Source of the DNA: Octopus sinensis
Taxonomy: Eukaryota
Direction of reading: 5' to 3'
DNA length: 64,000 nucleotides
Assembly (NCBI RefSeq): GCF_006345805.1
Contig: NC_042999.1
Location: forward strand, 156,860,001-156,924,000
In this document: piece after piece, positions 10,133 to 23,590 of the stretch
Layout of the letters: each line of letters starts with the position of its first letter
How positions within the stretch are numbered: position 1 is the first letter of the stretch
Notes under the pieces: generated by a model
Told to the model about the DNA's origin: nothing
The model's database searches: none
What the model saw: only the letters and a program-made list of their open reading frames with translations
Made by a program: the position numbers and the translations under genes

Positions 10133-12600
10133 GATCGATCTAATCGACTGGCCCCTTCCCCCCAAATTTCGGACCTTGTGCCTAGAGTAGAAAAGAATGA
10201 TAAAATTGCTGTGTACATCCCAGAAGAACTCATGCCCCAGGTCCTGCTGTCATATTCAAATTTTGTGTGTAAGACTCAAATTGTACACATAATCCAACTT
10301 AATATTGTCATATGTACTATATATCGTCCACCGGATGCTCCAAATCATACAGGTAAGTTTGAAGACTGTCTAGCAAAAAAAAGGAGTTCTCACCAAACTG
10401 GAACAACACTTCAATGTATTCCTTTTGAGTGACTTTAATTTCCCTAGTGTGAGACGGCCTGGAGGTCAGATGCTCTCAGGAATGACACACCACCAGCAAA
10501 CACATGTGGAGTCCATGTGCTTCTTTCATAGGGCAAATTGTGATGAAACCAACCAGGGCTCATACTATAATATACTGGATCTCTGCTTCACAAATAATAT
10601 GGACATTATCCATAATGTTAAAGTGATACCGACGCTGGTCTCGGATCACAACATAATAGAACTGTCTATGTAAGGGCTAAAATCTCCTGCGGACGTAGCT
10701 TATACGAAAGCACCTGAAATCTCTCCAAACTGAATTTTCATAAGGCAAAATGGAAGTTGATTGAGAAAGAGATCCTCAAACAGGATTGACCTATATGTCT
10801 TTCCTCACCAGACATGAAACATAAGCATTTCATGTCCATAATGCAAGCTATATGTGACAAATCTGTCCCAGAGTGCATCCACAAAGACAGGATCCCTAGG
10901 GAAATGAAGATTCTTTTGAGACGACGGACAAATATTGTAAACCACCTGAGTAAGCACCCCAAAATGGTCAGAAACCTCACCTGGTGAGAGCGCTGAGGGA
11001 GATTGAGAAAAGTCTGCATCAATTTCATGAAAAAGAGAGAGCAGATAAGGAAGCGTAATAGAAAATTTTAAGTCGAATCCTGAAGCTTTCTTTACTTTTG
11101 CCACAGAACGTCACAAGATAGGATTCCTCTTCCAAAAAGATGGCTCCCTCTCAGGAGACCCAATGAGGATAAGTGAAATACTGAACGAGCAGTTCCAAAG
11201 TGTGTTCACTATACCTCTAGGACAAAATCAAGTGAACAAACCAGCAGAATTTACTTGTAATCAAAGAAGCAAAAATTGATTACATCAACATTAACGAAGA
11301 TGTAACACTGGCCATAGATGAGGCTGACACAAACTCAACAGCTGGGTCTGATGAATTCCCGGTGGTCCTTCTCAAATCATGCAAACGAGCACTTGCAAAA
11401 CCACTGCAGCTCCTTTTCAGAGCTTTCTTGCAAGTGGCAAGCTCTCAGACAAACTGAAAGAAGGGATAATATACCCTATCCATAAGGAAGGAGGCAGAGC
11501 AGATGCTAAAAATTATAGGCTTATCTCTCTGCCCTCATACACGCAATCATGGAACAAATATTCCGCAAGAAACTAATACCGTTCCTTGAAGAAAATTACT
11601 TGTTGACTGACACCCAGTATGGATTTCAACCAGGTAGAAGCTGCTTGACACGGCTACTACAACATTATGACTGGGTGTTAAAACAGCTGCTAAATGACCC
11701 AAGTGTGGATGTGATATATCTCGACTTTGCAAAAGCTTTTGATAAAGTTAACGATGGTGAAAACTTGGAAAATGGTTGCATGACCGGGCACTATCTCAGG
11801 GCCACTGCTATATGTAGTTGCCCTCTCAGACATGCCTCAGCTGCTCAAATAGCTACCCTTGCCAACTATGCAGATGACACAAAAGTCTCTCAGACAATAC
11901 AAAATCTTGGCAATATTGTGTATCTGCAGCGGGAGTTGGACGCGATGTACAGGATTGTTGCGGTTCACAACATGCAGTTTAAAGCAGGAAAATTCCAAGC
12001 CCTGTGCTACCAGCACACAAATCTGAATGACATGCAGACAGGATTCACTAGCCCAAGAATCAAAATCAGAGCATGACCTGGGAACTGACACGAGTAATGA
12101 TGCATCTTTCCAGGGGCATATTACTAACTTGGTAATAAAATGCAGACGACTAGTTGGACGGATCCTCGAAACTTTCAAAACAAGAGTAAAGGAAACTGTG
12201 ATGGCCCTTTGGCAGGCATACCTCCACACCCATTTGGATGACTACTCCCAACTATGGTCACGAGACAGTATAAAATTAATGGCAGAACTCGAAGCAATCC
12301 AATGAAGCTACACAAAGAAAATTGTCTCAATGCAACATATCAGTTACAGGGAAAGGCTGAAAGATTTAAAATTCTTCTCCCAAGAATTAAGGCGGGAAAT
12401 ATATGCAGTGATATATATCTGGAAAGTCCTGGAAAGCCTTGTGCCAAACTTTAGAATTGAAAAATACGCAAACACTAGAACGGAGTACCACTGCATAGTA
12501 CCAAAGATCTCAGCATCACCATCAAAATACAAGATTAGATACTGCAGCAGTTTGGGTAACTAATACATGGTGTCAATGGTGTCCATGTGCTGTCTAATAG
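10133..12600 (+). mobile_element. Decayed CR1-group LINE (APE endonuclease plus RT)
   Basis: CTIYRPPD, DFNFPS, LDLCFTN, SDHNIIE (APE); QYGFQPGRSC, DVIYLDFAKAFDKV, YADDTK (RT). Many frameshifts and a deletion between RT motifs. Confidence 0.88.
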
Positions 12601-13616
12601 GAACATAGCAACGGAGTAATTCGCTTTTCTTCCTTGCTGGGGACTATGGTTCTGGGAAAACATTTTAATGTCACTGCGATAATGTTGTTTGGAGAGGTCT
12701 CCTTCGGCAACTTCCCAAGCTCGCACAAGCAATTGCAGTTCTTTTGTTGGCCAGTGTGTGTATATGGATCTATATGTGAACAAGCATGTATATGTATGTA
12801 TAGGCCGATTCGTAAAGGTCAGCTAAAGACAATCACATATAAAACCAGCCATGAAAAACAAACCAACAGTACAAAAAAATTAAATGCTAACCCCTTTAAA
12901 ACGGCAACCACTTTAACAGTAGCAAAATTACCATCCCACTATCAATTCAGGGACTATGCAGCCCGTAGCCAGTGCATTAGTGGAATCATACTTTATCACA
13001 AAATATAAACCCCTTTTGAATGCGTCCACCATAAATGGCACTATTACAAGGGCCTTAGAATAATACCCACGCAAATATTAAAAACGATGTATTCAGAACA
13101 GTCACTACCCATGAATTTATTCAGAACAATTCCAGTCACTACTATTACAACCACAACAGGTCACTTCTAGGTCACTTGACCATTTAAGAGGATTCCACCA
13201 ACATCCTACTACTGTCATACTGCTCCCGCATTCTTCTTCTTCTTCGTCTTCATTTCTTAACTACTACTGCAGCATAAACAATCAAAGACAAGAAATCATA
13301 CCAAATACTAGGACTACTACTACCTGCTGCCCACTACTGAGAACTCACATGGGTAAAAAAGAGAGACAGAGACAGACAGGAAAAAGGAAAATGTCCCTTA
13401 CATTTGAAAACTATGGAAATATTCTTTAAAATATTTCATTTAATTTTTCCACAATGTAATAGTTTTTCATGCTTTACTCTAAATTGAAAAAGCTGCAAAG
13501 AGTGAAACCGGTACTAAAATGTTCTTCCTGATAAAATTATTTTAGCATCTACCTTATCTTATTTTCCTTATACATATCAACTCATATGTTCCTTTTCAAC
13601 CTTCTACATATATATA

Positions 13617-13930
13617 CTAGCTGAGGCACCCAGTAATATCCGGGAGCATGGATATTCCCTGTACCTATTACAATACCTAATTTCTCTCAGATGAAAAATG
13701 AAATCAAGACATAGGACAGATAATAGAAGGTGTAAGCAAATTTATTCATGAAACAATAATACAAATAAATACGTGTGGAATCGGGAAATGACAATCGTTT
13801 GGTCAGATGAGTGGAAAGCTGCAAATATATAATCAAGAAGGGAATTGTAAAGGAGTGCTATGAAAAAAAAAGAACATAAAAGTTTGAAAAGTAAACAAAA
13901 AATTATTTAGAGAAAAAAGATTTTATATAG
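13617..13930 (-). mobile_element. Helitron 3' end fragment
   Basis: Minus strand has hairpin cccgg-atatta-ctggg followed by CTAG (13620-13617) and then T. Confidence 0.55.
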
Positions 13931-13953
13931 CTGGAGTGCAGACGCAACAACAT

Positions 13954-14259
13954 GGAGGCACATAGCCTAGTGGTTAGAGCAGCGGACTCGTGGTCGAGGG
14001 CTCGTGGGTTCGAATATCAGACCGGGCGATGTGTGTGTTTATGAGCAAGGCACCTAAGCTCCACACGACTCCGGCAGAAGGTAATGGTGAACTTCTGCTG
14101 ACTCTTTCACCACAACTTTTTCTCACTCTTTCCTCCTGCATCTTGCAGCTCACCTGCGACGGACCAACGTCCCGTCCAGGTGGGGAACCTATATGCCAAG
14201 GAAACCGGAAACCGGCCCTTATGAGCCAGGCGTGGCTCGAGAAGGAACAAACAACAACA
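13954..14259 (+). mobile_element. tRNA-derived SINE family B, (ACA)n tail
   Basis: A box TAGCCTAGTGG and B box GGTTCGAAT; near-identical copies at 21701 and 44691; degenerate TSD aga(c/g)gcaacaac(a/g)tgg. Confidence 0.9.
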
Positions 14260-14589
14260 GAGGCAACAACGTGGTAGTCATAAGAGCCATAAAATGCTAC
14301 GAGGAGGGAAAAAACATATAAAAATGACAATTTTCATCATTTTTGGGCAAATTCTCTTGCAACCCAAGAGAAAATTTTAAGTGTACATGCACTTAATTTG
14401 ATGACTATGTTTCATGGGTATAGTTCCACTGATAGTGAGAATCAAATATAAATTGCAACAGAACCGACAATTTTATGTGCAGTTGTTAAGAAAATGCATT
14501 TTACATGTTTTAGCACACAACCCAATGATGCTGCTACACCAGTCACTGAGTATGACTCCTTCATGTATCACCTGAGTGACTATACAGGT

Positions 14590-16090
14590 GACCAGACTAT
14601 AGCCTACACCACCAGATATTTTAGGCATCTCAGAGGTGATTTCTGATGGGCCAAGAATCTCCTGTCTTCATACCCTTAATTGCTTTATCTACCAAGGTAC
14701 TGTCAATTCAGATAGCTGGTTACCCCTGTTGGGTCGACATTTGGCAGACTCTCTTCCTCCCATTCATTCTCTTCATTTAGCAACCTTTCATAGTAGCATC
14801 ATCCCCAAGTCTCTCTCTTTGCAGCCTCACTAAATGAAAGTGAGCCATCATCCATGCAGACACATTTCTCTCTTATGACAGCATGATTCTTTCTCACACA
14901 CTGTCTTGCAACACAAAACACTTCAAGTCTTTGGTCCTCATGACGCAGAAGATTGGCAAATTTTTTTTTTCTGCTTCCCCTCCGGCTAAGTAAACCTGTC
15001 TCCTAGCTTCCCTTCTGGCAATCTGATACAGTTCCCTGCTACCACTGTTCTTCCAGTCCTTCCATGCCTGTTTCTTTTCCCTAATGGCCCTGTCAATTAC
15101 ATTGTTCCACCACGTTACCTTAGGTCAAGAGGGGACTTTGCGCCATCCACAGATCTGGTCAGTTGCCCTCAACAGGTTTTTCTGTAGGAACCTCCAGTTG
15201 TCTTCCAAATTGTGATGCTATATCCCCTCTTTTTCATCAAAAGGTTTGAGTAATACGTCTCTAAATCTCCATTCACAGGATCCTTAAGCTTCCAGACCCT
15301 TCTTTTCCATGTTGGTCATCTTCTGGGCATCCATTTAGCTCTGATCCTGAAGTCACTAACTACTAACCTATGTTGTGGGGTACATTCTTCACCTGAGAAG
15401 GTTTTGGCATTTATTAGTAGCCATCTTTCCTGTTCCCTGGCAAGAATTTAGTCAATGTGACAACTGTCCACCAGACAGGTAGGTGAACAGGTGATTGGCA
15501 GGTTTCCTGAAGTTAGTATTACATACCATAAGATCATTTGCATCACAAAACTCCAGCATTGAAGGAACTAAATCCATAACCACCATGTACACCATGGAAG
15601 CTCCCTGCATGTTGTCCAACATGCCCAATGAAGTTGCCAGCCACAAAGAGAAGGTCCCTGTCATTCGTCGTCGAGGTAGTCTGCAAGAAGGTGTCATAAA
15701 ATTGGTCTTTCTGTTCATCAGGTAGCCCTAGCTGAGGGGCATAAGCCAAGATAATGGTCATTAATCTATGTTGCAGCACTAATCTAAGCTTAAGTATTCT
15801 GGCACAGACTCTGAATATCTCAATTACCTTATCAACCCATTTCCCTGCAAGAAGTATACCCATGCCTCCAACTCCAACAGTGTTCCTTACCCAGAAAATT
15901 TTATATCTGTGTTCTTTGCCTTTGAGGAACCATGCAGACTTTCCTCTCCACCTTACTTCTTGGATGCAGCACAAATCTACATGTCTCCATTCAAGCATCT
16001 CAACAATTTCACCAGACCTACCTTTCAATGTGCCAACCCTGACGGTGTGGAAGGTGTAGGTCCATGAGTCCCTGGGATGGGGGACAGCAG
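14590..16090 (-). mobile_element. Decayed RTE LINE, APE endonuclease region
   Basis: GTLKGRSGEIVEML, DLCCIQEVRWRG, AYAPQ.G and AGNFIGHVG motifs. Confidence 0.88.
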
Positions 16091-16094
16091 CATC

Positions 16095-16097
16095 ATA

Positions 16098-16137
<40 letters not shown>

Positions 16138-16159
16138 ATATATAAATGTATTTATATAT

Positions 16160-16191
<32 letters not shown>

Positions 16192-16268
16192 ATATATATA
16201 TATATGTATATATATATATGTATAATATATATATGTATATATATATATATATATAATATATATATATA
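16095..16268. repeat. (TA)n microsatellite
   Basis: Direct reading. Confidence 0.95.
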
Positions 16269-16731
16269 CGAACAGGAATGTGAAACTCTGCATAGCAGTT
16301 TTTGTGATACTTTTCTGATGTTTTGGCAGCTTTAATAATAAAGCCATGTTACTCTACCTCTGGTATTCGAGTACTTTTTTTATCCACCTTGTTTCACGTT
16401 TATGTGCTTACTCTGGTGTGTGTGCATGTGCGTGTGTGTGTGTGTGTGTCTGTGTGTGTGTGTCTGTGTGTGTGTGCATGTGTGCATACATACATACATA
16501 CATTCACAGCTAATAGTGAGGGATTATCAATCCAGGCAAAGTTCTTTGTAAACTCTCTTTTGGCATTAGTCAAGAACCCCAAGTATTCTTTTGGCAGGGT
16601 CCAATACTGTGGCTCATCACAATTCTATATTGTCAATCCATGTTTGGGCTCCAGACAAACCTGTTTATACACAGAGTGATATGTAAGACAAGGTATAAAT
16701 AATGGTCACTACAATTTTTTTCTTTTATTAG

Positions 16732-16768
16732 AACAATTTTGTGTTACTTCTGTTTCCAGTAGTCAAAG
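16732..16768 (+). CDS. Candidate host exon A (QFCVTSVSSSQ), phase 1 to 2
   Basis: tttttttcttttattag acceptor and AAG|GTATGT donor; phase matches candidate exon B. Confidence 0.35.
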
Positions 16769-16789
16769 GTATGTTGCTGATAGGTTTAC

Positions 16790-17025
16790 TGCTCTACTCT
16801 TTCACCACAACTTTCTCTCACTCTTTCTTCCTGTTTCTGTTGTACCTGTATTTCAAGGGGCCGGCCTTGTCACTCTCTGTGTCACGCTGAATATCTCCAA
16901 GAACTACGTTAAGGGTGCACGTGTCTGTGGAATGCTCAACCACTTACACGTTAATTTCACGAGCAGGCTGTTCCATTGATTCGGATCAACCAGAACCCTC
17001 GTCGTCGTAAACGACGGAGTGCTTC
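16790..17025 (+). mobile_element. 5'-truncated SINE family D
   Basis: Same body as the minus-strand copy at 43490-43985 (ccttgtcac...aagaactac.ttaa...acgtgtctg). Confidence 0.75.
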
Positions 17026-17059
17026 CAAAAAAAACTGATAAGTTTACTTACTTTGTCAG

Positions 17060-17108
17060 GAAAAGTTGTCCTGCTTTTGCAATTTTACAACTCTATAAAA
17101 ATGCTGCT
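17060..17108 (+). CDS. Candidate host exon B (KSCPAFAILQLYKNAA), phase 2 to 0
   Basis: cttactttgtcag acceptor and GCT|GTGAGT donor; open frame. Confidence 0.4.
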
Positions 17109-17169
17109 GTGAGTTCTTTTTCAAAGTGGAAGAGTGGAGTAGTCCTTCATGGGCATGCAGCCCAAATTA

Positions 17170-17600
17170 ATTTAAGTTTTATTTTGTTTGTTTTCTGATT
17201 TTATCTGGTTGTCTTTCAGAATCTTTATAAATCTGTTATTTTCAGTGAGTAGATTGTTAATTTTCGTAGTTTTTGTCTTTACCATAATTAAAAATATATT
17301 ACACTTGTCACATTTTCATGTTTCATTATCATATTTTAATGTTGTACATAATTTATTGAGGCTTCATATTAAGTAAGTTTTTATTGTTGTTTACGTACCA
17401 CTACAAGCCTAGTCTTAAAGTTTATATTGCTTTTATCTTTGAGGTTTTATGGATTCATAGAATAGTTTGATTTCAACTTTTCTCTGGTTTTAATTAGATT
17501 TCAGTTGCAAATAGAAGTTAGTGTCAAGGTCATGAAGTGTAATTTGATTTTGCCTAAGCATGTTGGTGTGTAAGAGAATAAGGAATTTATCATCCACCTG
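17170..17600 (-). mobile_element. Possible decayed PLE RT N-terminal fragment
   Basis: A-rich minus strand; TKINNLLTENNRFIKILKDN resembles the PLE ..K.NNLL.D...F.KL..D segment. Confidence 0.35.
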
Positions 17601-18262
17601 GTTAAAGTGATTTTCTTTTTCCCTTGCAAAGATTGCTCAGCAATTTTGTTGTGAAATTCATTTATGGATATGTATTGTGTGGGGAGAAGAGAAACTTAAT
17701 GTCCCAAGACTAACTCCGTCCGAGAGATAATTAAAGTTTCAATGGAGGAGTTTGGGTGGCACAGAGCAAATATAAAACAGGAAGTGAGATGAGAGTGGGT
17801 AAACATGAAATGGGAGTGTTTTTTTTTTAAATAGAAGTAATCTCAAATTGTTAATTTTTTTTTTTTTGTATTGCTGGGTAACTAGAACTCAATGGGTATG
17901 GGTAACAAAATTCAGAGTGGAAATAGGGAAAATAATTGTATGGTTAGTAAAAGTCAGGGAACAGTGCTAAATAAAGTTCAGTGACTGTTGTAATGACATT
18001 ATAGAAAGGAAGAAGGGCAAGAAAGAGAAAGAAAGTGGATCACTAGCTGGAATGATATAAGCAGAAGTGAAAACAAATTTTAGAGTGTTTTGTTCCTAAT
18101 TTGTTATGAAAGAGGAGGTGTGCAGCTATTATTTAATAAATATTTCTTACTAATTAATGTATATATTTCTATAAATGTAAAATTTTCTTAGTATCTCTCT
18201 TGCTCCCTTTGTGTCCATGCTTGTGTAATGTGCATATATGTATGTGTGTATATGTGTGTGTA

Positions 18263-18315
<53 letters not shown>

Positions 18316-18316
<1 letters not shown>

Positions 18317-19080
18317 ATTAATCAATATTAGGGTAGCAAAAAATTCAATAGAAATTATTTTGCCACCAGCGGTCTAGTGAGAAAAGGAAATAGTCAGAGA
18401 CTATTAATAAATTCAACATAAATTGAGGAACGGCTATAATAGGCCGTTCGACAATGCATTGTCTAAAGAAGAACAGGGTAAATGTTTTTTAAATTTTTCC
18501 TCTGATTCCGGAATTACTACTATTTGCAGTTAGCCCTGGTTGCTATTTCTAGTGGGTCGAACGGCCTATTATAGCCGTTCCTCAATTTGTTGTTGAATTT
18601 ATTAATAGTCTCTGAGTATTTCCTTTTTCTCACTAGACCGCTGGTGGCAAAATAATTTCTATTGAATTTTTTGCTACCCTAATATTGATTAATTTATAAT
18701 TTTCTGATTAATTCCGAAATTGAATCGGCAGTTTATATTTGCTGCCGATAAGTTTGCGCGAGTACGACGATTTTGAAAATTTTAGGTCAGATATTGCCGA
18801 GGCATGAAGGTAGCTGCCTCGTGTAATTTCTGTCCCTTTCTGGCTCCTTTACTGATGAACGCGTTGGCCTTTGGAAGATTGACTTGATTGAGTTTAATTT
18901 AATTTAATCAGGCTGGTTTACCATTAAAAAACGCTGAAACAATGCATTGTCTAAAGAAGAACAGGGTAAATGTTTTTTAAATTTTTCCTCTGATTCCGGA
19001 ATTACTACTATTTGCGGTTAGCCCTGGTTGCTATTTCTAGTGGGTCGAATGGCCTATTATAGCCGTTCCTCAATTTGTTG

Positions 19081-19082
<2 letters not shown>
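18316..19082 (+). mobile_element. Non-coding PLE-pLTR/retrozyme-like element inserted in (TA)n
   Basis: Inverted arms 18316-18452 / 18556-18694; direct repeats 18451-18594 / 18939-19082; HHR 18844-18959; (TA)n on both sides. Confidence 0.8.
18844..18959 (+). ncRNA. Type I hammerhead ribozyme with extended stem II
   Basis: ctccttta | CTGATGA 18852-18858 | a c gcgtt...cttgattga/ttaatcagg...aacgc t | GAAA 18936-18939 | 12-nt palindrome acaatgcattgt | C18951 | taaagaag. Confidence 0.75.
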
Positions 19083-19610
<528 letters not shown>

Positions 19611-19614
19611 CTAA

Positions 19615-20130
19615 CTTGACCTCATCCCATTTCGACCTAACATCTCTCAATCTATCAGTATATATATCCAAGCTAAGAAGAGCATCCTAGACCTCTACCC
19701 TACAAGATGACTACTAATAATATTCCTTCATTTTCTATTATAACTCCCTTACTATGCTTGATAGCAACAACCACCAAATATTAGTCTCAGACTTACCATG
19801 AGTATAAAAAGCCCATATCAAAATTTCCACACACTAGTTGGAGAATATCCAACCTTTATACAATGCTAATGTGTTGACCTGACTATAAACACTAATGTGT
19901 TATGACTGTCCCTTTTTCAGATTTTGGCAATACCATGCCCCTGCTTCTACTAAGAGACTTTTATACTATCTTCTTTCTTCTCTTCACCCCTTTGTAACCT
20001 GTCTTCGCTTTTCTCACAAAAATTCATCATCTGAAAGCTTTCATCTTTTGCTTTCTCTTGTTTTGCATGTATACATATTTTGTTTTTGATGTATTTAATA
20101 TGTTTAATATATTTGATGTGTCTAGTTTGT
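19615..20130 (+). mobile_element. Possible decayed PLE thumb/linker fragment
   Basis: TPLLCLIATTTKY*SQTYHEYKKPISKFP resembles the PLE IPLVLTYHP linker; C-rich plus strand. Confidence 0.3.
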
Positions 20131-20147
20131 TTATCAATATAATTGCC

Positions 20148-20202
<55 letters not shown>

Positions 20203-20212
20203 GTGGTGCTAT

Positions 20213-20271
20213 TAAGTTAGACATGGCCTGGACCAATCTTTGGTCGAAACATATCTAAGTTTATCTAAGTT

Positions 20272-20272
<1 letters not shown>
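20213..20272 (+). ncRNA. 5'-truncated hammerhead half with fold-back copy
   Basis: gacca-atctt-tggtc | GAAA 20246-20249 | cata | TC | taagttt. The upstream aagttagacatg is an inverted copy that reads catgtc. No CUGANGA. Confidence 0.35.
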
Positions 20273-20303
<31 letters not shown>

Positions 20304-20324
20304 TATTTTATATATAATAATTAT

Positions 20325-20799
20325 TATTTGAGGGAATAAAATCCAAACTTACAAGGAAAAAGAATTCAATTTAGAAATACTAAATCAAATTCCACACAAT
20401 ATAGTATATATAAAATATTAGAAAAAACCACCTTTTATGAATTCAAAATGAATAATTAAATTACACCATCTAGAAAATTACATATAATAGAAAAGTTAAA
20501 ATTAATATAACAATTAAAAAGTAAAGATTAAGTAAATTACAAGAATAATGTCATGTATATAGATTAATTTGTCCATGTAAATCTGACCTTGGTAAATTGA
20601 GTAAACTTATTTTAGATAAATAATTAATTAAATAAATAGATAAATTAATTACTTAAAATTATGGTTTAGTAATAATAATACTTTAAATTGGTTTAATAAT
20701 ATTAAAGAAAAAAAATCGATACAAATTTATTCAAATAGATATAGATAATTACTATTCTTCTATTAATGAAATTGTTTTTAATAAGGCCTTATTTTGCAA

Positions 20800-20800
<1 letters not shown>
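20325..20800 (-). mobile_element. PLE-pLTR-like AT-rich remnant between (TA)n tracts
   Basis: gagggaataaaatccaaac matches gagggaatagccaaaatccaaac at 9133; aaaaaatcgatac is shared with 8645. Confidence 0.4.
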
Positions 20801-20861
<61 letters not shown>

Positions 20862-20921
20862 GTATATATATAAATAGATATATATATAATATGTATATAT
20901 ATAAATACATTATATATATTG

Positions 20922-20989
<68 letters not shown>

Positions 20990-21700
20990 TGTGTATAAAT
21001 ACTTGTGCGTATGTACAACAGAAAAATCTATAGTCCAATCCACTAATCTTTCAATACGCTTGTAGTAGAGCTCAGCACATCCCCAATTTCTGTTTGCCTT
21101 ATCACTGCTTTCCCAACTTTAGAAACTAGGAAAATTGTTTCCTTTTCTGTCATTTGACCTCTTTTAACCATTAGGGCAGGACAACAGTTTGTAGTATCAT
21201 ATGTTTCTCAACATCTAATTGTAACTGAATCCTCTATTGGTGTCACTGACTGATTAAAATGTTTCTATGAATAAGTATTGGCAATATCAGGTGTGTTCAT
21301 CACACTATAAAGCCTAAGTTGCATGCTGATGGGCTTAAATAGTATTCTTTAGCTTGAGCCTGCTGGAACATCTCAGGTTTTTAAACAGAAAAGTCAGTAA
21401 TTTCACTAAGGTGGTTAAATTTGAACCACATTGGTTGTTTGTCAATGCTGATATTACCTAAAGATTGTTATAAAACATGAAAGTACTTGTAACATTATTA
21501 TATGGGTCTTTTCTATTTAGCTGCCACTTTTCAATTTCTTCAATGTCGTTCCAGTTGATTTCAAATTTGGTGTAGTTTTGTATGCTCATTAATGACATGA
21601 AATTTACTTTTGCCATAAATCAGTAAATAAACAGTAAATAGCTTTTAAAGTTTGCAAATTTTGGGTAATTTTAGCCAACTGAAAGCCACAGACAAATAGT

Positions 21701-22010
21701 GGAGGCACATGGCCTAGTGGTTAGAACAGCGGACTCGTGGTCGAGGGATTGCAAGTTCAAATCTCAGACCATGCGATGTGTGTGTTTATGAGCGAAAACA
21801 CCTAAGCTCCACGCGGCTCTGGCAGAAGGTAATGGCGAACTTCTGCTGACTCTTTCACCACATCTTTCTCTCACTCTTTCCTCCTGCATCTTGCAGCTCA
21901 CCTGTGACGGACCGGCGTCCCGTCCAGGTGGGGAACCTATACGCCAAGAAACCGGGACACTGGCCCTTATGAGCCAGGCATGGCTCGGGAAGGAACAAAC
22001 AAACAAACAA
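21701..22010 (+). mobile_element. SINE family B
   Basis: As 13954-14259. Confidence 0.9.
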
Positions 22011-22239
22011 TACAGACATATAGGTGCCTGTTTCTATAGTAACAAGCCAAGTGTTAGAAAAGCATTTACAATTAAACATGTGTTTACAAACTGATATATT
22101 ACACTGTGTTTTCCTGATTAAAATTTCAAGAAGTGCAGCTAAACAGAAAAGATCCTTATTATATGTGATATTGTAAGATTGCAAAAACACAACAGTAAAA
22201 TGAGAAAAAAAGGACAATGCTGGAATTTGATTCCTCATC

Positions 22240-22595
22240 AACATCATTATCATCATTATCATCATCATCATTTAGCATCTGTTGTCCATGCTGACATGGG
22301 TAGGACAGTTTGACCAGGGCTGGTAAACTGGAAGGCTGAACCAGGCTCCAGTCTCATTTGGCATAGTTTTCTATGACTGGATACCCTTCCTAATGCAAAC
22401 CACTCTGAGAGTGTAATGGGTGTTTTTACGTGCCACTGGCATGGGTACCATTTGCGTGGCACCGGTATCTGCCATGACTGTGATTTTATGCAACCTGATG
22501 TGTCTTCTTCTCAAGCACGATATAATACCAAAGGTCTCAGTCACTGCCTCTGTGAGGCCCAACACTCACAAAGAACTCAGCCACTTTACCTCCTG
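22240..22595 (-). mobile_element. RTE 3' UTR fragment with (GAT)n tail
   Basis: Matches 34700-34883 in reverse. Confidence 0.85.
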
Positions 22596-22663
22596 ATTGA
22601 CTAATGTACTTATCTATGCACAATTTTACAAACCCTGAACTATATATACACACGTACACATAT

Positions 22664-23154
<491 letters not shown>

Positions 23155-23155
23155 T

Positions 23156-23200
<45 letters not shown>

Positions 23201-23348
23201 AAAAGCAATAAAGATTCAAGTTAATTTAAATGAATTTACTTGAATATGGTACCTAACTTAGATGCACCAAAAAAAAACTATACTGTTTTAACAATACAGT
23301 AATGTGGGGTGATTATAAGCGAGAAAGAAGCAACAAGAATGGATAGGT

Positions 23349-23439
23349 TTTTAGTACAATCGTTTCATACAAGGACAGGCTTTATTAAAAGTTGCAAAAA
23401 TTACAGCATATAAACATGTCCCGTACTCATCAGCTAAAA
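23349..23439 (-). ncRNA. Type I hammerhead ribozyme, canonical core, long stem II
   Basis: Minus: ttttag | CTGATGA | g tacgggaca...tgtccttgta t | GAAA | cgattg | TA | ctaaaa. Stem I is a perfect 6 bp; acgattgt self-pairs with two G.U. Confidence 0.75.
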
Positions 23440-23590
23440 TACATGTGAGTTCTCTAGACATCCTAGTGGTTGAGGCTATACTCATGAAGTAATGTAGATA
23501 ATTAAGTAACATAAACAGATTTCCAAAGTTCATTAAAGTTCTTTAAAGATGATGTACAGTCTTATCACAGAATTTAAAAAAAGTTTCAAT

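Noticed and set aside
11348-11356. CTGATGA in the CR1 LINE
   Set aside because: Part of the coding G.DEFP motif; no other HHR elements.
13954-14030. tRNA genes (also heads at 21701, 41162, 43985, 44691, 50880, 54322, 59875 and SINE A heads)
   Set aside because: A and B boxes are present, but there is no closed acceptor stem and each is followed by a conserved SINE body and tail.
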